From assembly GCA_049512935.1 (NCBI GenBank), contig JBEKWR010000003.1:1-64000 (forward strand): DNA of 64,000 bases, in the 5' to 3' direction. A program made the translations under genes and the position numbers. Below, one piece after another: positions 58,370 to 64,000 of this stretch. This DNA is from Candidatus Bathyarchaeia archaeon. GTDB taxonomy: Archaea; Thermoproteota; Bathyarchaeia; Bathyarchaeales; Bathycorpusculaceae. A model generated the notes under the pieces. It did no database searches. It saw nothing but the letters and a program-made list of their open reading frames with translations, and was not told the DNA's origin. Positions within the stretch are counted from its first letter, which is position 1. The number at the start of each line of letters is the position of its first letter.

Positions 58370-58960
58370 TTGCTACCCAATCAAATAGGCTTGAAGGCTC
58401 CAGAGTTGCCCGTCCGCATCATAATCGTTGGTCCACCCCATTCAGGCAAAAGCACTCTCGCAGAAAACCTAGCAAAGGCAATGCTGAAGCTTGGCGTCGA
58501 CGCCTACGCCGAAGACTTGGATTTAGCAAGCCCCACACTTGACTTCATACGGGGCAAAGTGGGGTGGGAGCGGCGGCTAACCGCGAAGAAGCCGTGGACC
58601 ATGGATTTAGCTAAAGAGGCGGCATCCATCTTCCTGAAAGCTTCAGAAAAACACACGGTTGTCATCGGCGACGCTCCTGGAAAAATATCCGCTGAATCAG
58701 AGGAAATCGCGAAAGCCGCAACACATGGCATAATTCTCTGTCGAGAGGACTCAACGGCTGAAATCGCAAAATGGAGGGAGCTACTCACAAAGCTTGGGGT
58801 GGAAACCGTTTGCGTTGCTGTCTCAAAAATCAGCGGCGACGGCAACGTGAAATCCAACGGGTTAATTGAGGCAACCCTTGCTGGCTTAGACAGAAAGACC
58901 CGAGATGACCCCGCCATCACCAGCCTTGCTCTGCTGCTTAAAGGAAAACTTGGCGTCTAA
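58370..58960 (+). CDS. Small P-loop NTPase
   Basis: GPPHSGKST, DLD, VIGDAPG. Confidence 0.75.
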   Translation: MLPNQIGLKAPELPVRIIIVGPPHSGKSTLAENLAKAMLKLGVDAYAEDLDLASPTLDFIRGKVGWERRLTAKKPWTMDLAKEAASIFLKASEKHTVVIGDAPGKISAESEEIAKAATHGIILCREDSTAEIAKWRELLTKLGVETVCVAVSKISGDGNVKSNGLIEATLAGLDRKTRDDPAITSLALLLKGKLGV

Positions 58961-59592
58961 TGCTTGAGTTCTTCTACCGCTAACTTTACTTGGTCCAGGT
59001 CATTTTCCCGATTGTCAAGCCTAACAGTAATTGTGAAATCCAGTTTTCTTCCCGTCTCAGCAAGCACCTCAACAGCTTCCGCATTATCTTTTAACCCATG
59101 TCTCGTAGGCGCCTTAAAGACGCCCAGGGAATCCAAATCGCCTTCTGCATCAATGTAGGCGTCCAAGTGCTGGCTCTTCAGCTTTCCTGCGGCTTTAACC
59201 AGTCTCTCATAATCTAATTTTGAGTTGATGTCGGTGAAGCGGCGGGAAACAGTTACGTACGCTGGCTCCAGACCCTGCGTTGACTGAGTGCAACCTAACG
59301 TAAGGCTGCCTAAAACCGCGTTTAGTACCCGAATGCCCCCAACAACTTTGTCGTACTCGACTTCCAGACTTTTTTTTGCAAACTCCTGTATGCCCTCACA
59401 GGTGAAGTTGAAGAGGTTCTTGGTTAAAACGGCTACGAGGTTTCCTTTTTGGTCTACTTCTAACTCAAAATTGACTTTTTCGCCGGGCTTGAAGTATTTG
59501 CTGGGCAAATAGAGGATCGGCGAGTTTCCTCCTTTGCTGATGCAACGTTCTTCTTTCTGGATTATTGAAGCTGTTTTCGCCATTTTGCTCAA
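58957..59592 (-). CDS. Hypothetical protein with AbrB-like N-terminus
   Basis: ISKGGNSPILYLP...KPGEKV; upstream inverted repeat. Confidence 0.65.
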   Translation of the reverse strand: MSKMAKTASIIQKEERCISKGGNSPILYLPSKYFKPGEKVNFELEVDQKGNLVAVLTKNLFNFTCEGIQEFAKKSLEVEYDKVVGGIRVLNAVLGSLTLGCTQSTQGLEPAYVTVSRRFTDINSKLDYERLVKAAGKLKSQHLDAYIDAEGDLDSLGVFKAPTRHGLKDNAEAVEVLAETGRKLDFTITVRLDNRENDLDQVKLAVEELKH

Positions 59593-59611
59593 ACTCCCAC
59601 ACTACCACAAT

Positions 59612-59632
59612 TCACTACTCATCAAGTAGTGA
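59612..59632. promoter_or_regulatory. Operator-like inverted repeat
   Basis: TCACTACT-N5-AGTAGTGA between a TATA-like box and the start of 58957..59592. Confidence 0.6.
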
Positions 59633-59961
59633 TATTTAACTGTTTAGCACCCTCTTAAAGATTGTCGCCACAAGATAATCATCTTGGTATTCTGCAGAAA
59701 TAATGTGCATGAAAATGCAAGTTGAAAATCATCCAACTGTCCTACAATCTACTGTTCTTACTCTTGGCTTCCATAGTTGCAAGCCGTCTGCCCCAGCAAA
59801 CAATGTTCGTTCTTTCTATGGTATCGGTGGGTAAGATAATGTATGTGTTAATTGAAAGATTAAAACGTACATTTCATTTGGATTACAAGCCTGCATTTTG
59901 AGACATCACTTACGCAAAGCTATAATATTGTGTATAATACACCTTATTGGGCTGATTGAAC

Positions 59962-60063
59962 TTGGAAAAAAAGGTTGATAGTACAGATTTATGTCCTTAC
60001 TGCGGAAAAAAACTATGTAACAGTAAATGGTTTTGCCCACACTGCGGGAAAAAAATATCTTAA
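59962..60063 (+). CDS. 33-aa zinc-ribbon microprotein (absent from ORF track)
   Basis: TTG start; MEKKVDSTDLCPYCGKKLCNSKWFCPHCGKKIS. Confidence 0.5.
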   Translation: MEKKVDSTDLCPYCGKKLCNSKWFCPHCGKKIS

Positions 60064-60208
60064 CTCTGTAAGTTATCGACCTTTAAAATTTAGTCCAACC
60101 GAACATAAGAATTAGAAAAAATTAGACCTTTTGAAGAAGATAAAGAACAAACGTTAACGCCAGCCTTGAACACCCAGCGCACACTCATTTCTTTTCTGCT
60201 GATAGCTA

Positions 60209-60556
60209 TCACTTTTCTTGCTCTTTCAAAATGGCTTGAATAGATTTTTTTAACGGCGAAATATCTTGAGTAGCTGCTTTCCAAAGTGTTTCTACATCTA
60301 GTCCGAAGTAGGCATGGATTAGTTTGTCGCGCATTCCAGCCATCTGCTTCCATGGGAGCTCTTTATATTTTGTCTTTATTCTTTCAGGGATATTCTTGGA
60401 TGCTTCACCGATTATTTCGATACTTCTTACTACAGCATTCATTGTTTTTCTATCTTTGGCAAATTCTTCGTATGTCATTTTGCCAACAAAGCATTCGATA
60501 TCATCTATTGCATCCAAAATGTCTTGTAAGTAATCCCTGTAGTCACGAATTTTCAT
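60209..60556 (-). CDS. hepT: HEPN toxin (DUF86/HepT)
   Basis: EIIGEA, GMRDKLIHAY (RX4HXY). Confidence 0.92.
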   Translation of the reverse strand: MKIRDYRDYLQDILDAIDDIECFVGKMTYEEFAKDRKTMNAVVRSIEIIGEASKNIPERIKTKYKELPWKQMAGMRDKLIHAYFGLDVETLWKAATQDISPLKKSIQAILKEQEK

Positions 60557-60846
60557 ACCATAATAACTTCCTTGAGGATTTGCTCGCCAATGTGAGGCTT
60601 AAGTGCTTTCTTTGATACCAAGTCAACTTTGACACCTAAAAGCTTAGATAGGTACATTTCAAGATCCATAAATTCAAACAAGCCGATTGGTTCTTCAAAC
60701 TCTACCAGTACATCCACATCGCTTTTCCGTTTTTGCTCCCCACGAACATAAGAACCAAAAACTCCGATAGTTTTCACTTTGAAGTTCTTTCTCAATTCTG
60801 CCTTATGCTGTGAAAGCTTGAGTTTAATGTCTTCAACATTTTGCAT
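60553..60846 (-). CDS. mntA: Minimal nucleotidyltransferase antitoxin
   Basis: FGSYVRGEQ..SDVDVLV. Confidence 0.92.
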   Translation of the reverse strand: MQNVEDIKLKLSQHKAELRKNFKVKTIGVFGSYVRGEQKRKSDVDVLVEFEEPIGLFEFMDLEMYLSKLLGVKVDLVSKKALKPHIGEQILKEVIMV

Positions 60847-61006
60847 ACTTCAAACACCGAGAACTTTACATTTAAGGCTTTTCAAAAGCACTTGCCTAGT
60901 CTCGGGAAAGAACAATCTTATTCACGGTTTTTCTTATGTCGCTCAATGTTGTTGGCGGCATCCAGAATTTTTTGGGCTTGCTTTGGGTTCAAACTAAACT
61001 TCACTT

Positions 61007-61315
61007 TTATTCTCCGTAGTTTTCCTTCATGTACTCTTTGATGCTTCCTGCATTCCAGTTGAATGAAACGCCCTTCAGCTCAAGTAACTCCAAAAACTCG
61101 CGAAGGGAAATACCCAAAATCTCTGCCCCTCGTCCCGAACTTATCTTGCCCTTCTCGTAGAGGCGTACGACACGCTCTTGCAACCCATCTTCTATGAACT
61201 CTCTGAACAAAGTTGAGCGATCTACGTTTTCAAGTGCCCTAACAGCCTCTACCCTGCGCAGGTTACGCTTTGATAAGCGAAAGGTGACAACTGTGCTTTT
61301 TTCTTCTTTGCTCAT
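61007..61315 (-). CDS. UPF0175-like antitoxin (RHH plus HTH), no adjacent toxin
   Basis: LYEKGKISSGRGAEILGISLREFLELL. Confidence 0.8.
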   Translation of the reverse strand: MSKEEKSTVVTFRLSKRNLRRVEAVRALENVDRSTLFREFIEDGLQERVVRLYEKGKISSGRGAEILGISLREFLELLELKGVSFNWNAGSIKEYMKENYGE

Positions 61316-61454
61316 CCTTTGTTACTCAGCATCAGAGAATAAATGTGACACATAAAAAGTTACGGCAACACTAACCCAAGAAACAGATTTGACCCTTTTT
61401 AGCTATTTCGGGACAATGCGGCGGGCGATGAGGTAAACATAAAAAGCAGCAGAT

Positions 61455-61766
61455 GTGTTGGAGTTACTAGCGGGGATGAGTTATTTGACGAACGTTCAAG
61501 CAAGCACATGGGAACCTGAGAAAAGAACAGAGCCAGAAGCCCGAACTGAACCAGCCCCAAGATCGGAGCCAGCCGCCAGAACTGAAACAGAACCTAGGAC
61601 CGAAACTGAGCCAAGGACAGAAGTAGCTGCTAGAACGGAACCAGCGAACAATGAGGTAAAATCAGTCAAGTGCCCTTCTTGCGGTCATCTTTTGGTATTT
61701 TCAAAGGGACCTGGGAAGCTAAGTCTCAGATGCACAAAATGTGGAAAAGACTTCCAAGTAGAGTAG
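61455..61766 (+). CDS. Small protein with hexapeptide repeats and C-terminal Zn ribbon
   Basis: Seven R[TS]E[PTV]xx units, then CPSCG...CTKCG. Confidence 0.65.
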   Translation: MLELLAGMSYLTNVQASTWEPEKRTEPEARTEPAPRSEPAARTETEPRTETEPRTEVAARTEPANNEVKSVKCPSCGHLLVFSKGPGKLSLRCTKCGKDFQVE

Positions 61767-61796
61767 ATCGCGCGATTCTTTCAGCAAAACATCAAT

Positions 61797-62606
61797 TTAC
61801 TGCTTTGCCGCATTCTTGAGTTCCAACGCCGTTGACCGCAACTCTTTCAAGAGAACGTCAATGTTTTCTCGGCGTTTCTTGATTATGTTGATGAAAGCGC
61901 TCCCAACGATGACACCGTCCGCTCCTGCCTCAACGATGCGTTTTACGTGCTCTGGTTTGGAGATTCCGAACCCGACCGCCAACGGAATCTTGCCAGACGT
62001 GAAAGGCAGAACCCGTTTGACAAGTTGAATGGTTGAGTCTTCTATGGCTGCTTGTGCCCCAGTGACTCCGAAATGCGAAACGAGATACAGAAACCCTGAA
62101 GAACAATCAACTATGCGTGCCAGCCGCTCGTTTGAGGTGGAAGGCGCGGCTAAGAAAATTGTGTCTACACCAAATTTTCTTGCGGTTTTCTTGTAATCTG
62201 CTGCTTCTTCCACGGGCAAATCGGGAACTATGACACCGTCAACCACGCAGTTACTGGCTGACTCGAAAAACTTTTCAAGCCCCATCCTGAAAACGGGATT
62301 ATAGTAAGTCATTATTACAATGGGCACGTTTTGGCTTTGCCGAATCTCCTTAGCGATTTGCAGCACTTTAGCGGGTGTTGTTCCAGCGCTTAGGGCGCGC
62401 ACGCCTGCGGCTTGAATTGTTGGTCCGTCAGCGATGGGGTCAGAAAAAGGCAATCCCACCTCTAAAATGTCTACGCCTCCCTTAATCAGGGCGTCAGCGA
62501 TTTTAGGTGTTAGTTCGGGTTTTGGGTCTCCCGCCATAATGTAGCCGACGAGCGCCCCGCTGCCTTGAGCTTTGGTTCTTTGGAATGCTTCAGTTATCGC
62601 GGTCAT
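61797..62606 (-). CDS. trpA: Tryptophan synthase alpha chain
   Basis: [27 protein letters not shown]. Confidence 0.96.
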   Translation of the reverse strand: MTAITEAFQRTKAQGSGALVGYIMAGDPKPELTPKIADALIKGGVDILEVGLPFSDPIADGPTIQAAGVRALSAGTTPAKVLQIAKEIRQSQNVPIVIMTYYNPVFRMGLEKFFESASNCVVDGVIVPDLPVEEAADYKKTARKFGVDTIFLAAPSTSNERLARIVDCSSGFLYLVSHFGVTGAQAAIEDSTIQLVKRVLPFTSGKIPLAVGFGISKPEHVKRIVEAGADGVIVGSAFINIIKKRRENIDVLLKELRSTALELKNAAKQ

Positions 62607-63799
62607 ATTTTCACGCCTATGTAATCCGCTATTGTTTCCACGTCTTTGTCTCCCCTTCCCGAAAGGGTCACGACGATTGACTGGGTCTTCTTCATCTTCG
62701 GCGCAAGCTTCATGGCGTATGCCACCGCATGAGCGGATTCCAAGGCAGGCAGGATTCCTTCCTCTTTGCTTAGGGCGAGGAAAGCGTCTACTGCCTCCTT
62801 GTCTGTGGCTGAAACGTACTGTGCCCGCTTCAGAGTTTTGAGGAAGGAGTGTTCGGGTCCAACGCCCGGGTAATCTAACCCAGCGGAGATGCTGCTTGTG
62901 TTCAGGATTTGCCCGTTGCTGTCCTGCAACACGTAGGTTAACATGCCGTGGAAGACCCCTTCCGCGCCTGCGCCAAGCGACGCCGCGTGTTTGCCCGACT
63001 CTAAGCCTTCGCCCGCCGCTTCCACACCGTAAAACGCAACTTCAGCGTCGTCCTCGAACGGGAAGAACGTGCCAATCGCGTTACTTCCGCCGCCCACGCA
63101 GGCAACCAGCGCGTCAGGAAGCCACCCCTCCTTCTGCTGGAACTGCAGTTTGACCTCTACGCCGATTACGCTCTGGAAGTCCCGAACGATCATCGGGTAA
63201 GGATGCGGTCCGACGACGCTGCCGATCAGGTAGTACGTGTTTTCAAGGTTGGTTACCCAGTCGCGGAACGCTTCGTTGATCGAGTCTTTGAGCGTTTTTG
63301 AGCCTGTTTCGACGGGGTGCACTTCGGCGCCGAGGAGTTTCATGCGGAAAACGTTCAGCCGCTGCCGCTCGCAGTCCTCCGTTCCCATGTAAACCTCAGC
63401 CTTCAAACCTAACGCTGCGCACGCAATCGCGGTTGCTACGCCGTGCTGTCCCGCCCCTGTTTCAGCGATCACTCGGGTCTTGCCCATTCGCTTGGCGAGT
63501 AGCGCCTGTCCGATGGTGTTGTTGATTTTGTGTGCTCCGCCGTGGGCGAGGTCTTCCCGTTTAAGGTAGATTTTGGCGCCGCCCAGCCTGCGCGTCAAGT
63601 TCTCGGCGAGGTAGAGCGGGGTTGGTCTGCCTACGAATTCGAAGAGGTAATCGTCCAGCTGTTTCTGGAAGGCAGGGTCTTTTCTGGCTTGCGTGTAAGC
63701 TTCTTCCAACTCGTTGATCGCGGTCATCAGGACTTCGGGAACGAAGCGTCCGCCGTACTTGCCGTATTTGCCGTCGACAGGGTAGCTGCTCAGTTTCAT
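62603..63799 (-). CDS. trpB: Tryptophan synthase beta chain (TrpB1)
   Basis: [31 protein letters not shown]. Confidence 0.97.
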   Translation of the reverse strand: MKLSSYPVDGKYGKYGGRFVPEVLMTAINELEEAYTQARKDPAFQKQLDDYLFEFVGRPTPLYLAENLTRRLGGAKIYLKREDLAHGGAHKINNTIGQALLAKRMGKTRVIAETGAGQHGVATAIACAALGLKAEVYMGTEDCERQRLNVFRMKLLGAEVHPVETGSKTLKDSINEAFRDWVTNLENTYYLIGSVVGPHPYPMIVRDFQSVIGVEVKLQFQQKEGWLPDALVACVGGGSNAIGTFFPFEDDAEVAFYGVEAAGEGLESGKHAASLGAGAEGVFHGMLTYVLQDSNGQILNTSSISAGLDYPGVGPEHSFLKTLKRAQYVSATDKEAVDAFLALSKEEGILPALESAHAVAYAMKLAPKMKKTQSIVVTLSGRGDKDVETIADYIGVKI

Positions 63800-64000
63800 T
63801 TTGCGTTCACGAACTCCCTGACCGCTTCTTCAACGTTGCCGCTCTGCATGAGGGCGGAACCGATGAGGAACGCCTTTGCGCCGCTTTCACGGAGGAACCG
63901 CACGTCCATAGCCGTTTTTATTCCGCTTTCACTCACGACCACTTTGCCCTTCGGATTGTTTCTTGACAGGATTTCTTTGGTCACGTTCAAATCCACCTTT
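63796..64000 (-). CDS. trpC: Indole-3-glycerol phosphate synthase, C-terminal part
   Basis: [16 protein letters not shown]; upstream of trpB; runs off the window. Confidence 0.9.
   Translation of the reverse strand, partial: KVDLNVTKEILSRNNPKGKVVVSESGIKTAMDVRFLRESGAKAFLIGSALMQSGNVEEAVREFVNAK

Overview
Archaeal chromosomal window. The ribosomal/SRP/prefoldin genes, archaeal 7S SRP RNA and leaderless TATA promoters support this; Bathyarchaeia is a likely source but is an inference. The housekeeping backbone includes a surface-glycan locus (uxs/galU/ugd, flippase, rmlACBD), rnp4-yhbY, sucCD, sdhAB, rps19e-PDCD5-rpl39e-rpl31e, eIF6-rplX-pfdA-ftsY, paaK-iorAB-paaI, metG, SRP RNA, tRNA-Cys and trpCBA. 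Three accessory structures stand out. (1) An orphan virus-like packaging/modification module (ParB-like, ABC ATPase, GNAT, TerS-like, TerL) in which ATPase and GNAT are joined by a candidate -1 frameshift signal (A AAA AAA, 7-nt spacer, hairpin). (2) A 3.4 kb IS6-like transposon with perfect 24-bp terminal inverted repeats, a 9-bp target duplication and about six passenger genes. (3) An integrase-less array downstream of tRNA-Cys in which five same-orientation tRNA-Cys fragments, more degenerate away from the tRNA, separate 0.5-1.7 kb cassettes (PIN toxin-antitoxin modules, a glycosyltransferase, a thioredoxin). Other oddities include a 135-aa 4x[4Fe-4S] insert in IorA and six 10-bp-periodic CGACCC boxes upstream of a tandem AbrB/MraZ-like gene. 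All calls come from reading the sequence and recognising motifs; no searches were run.
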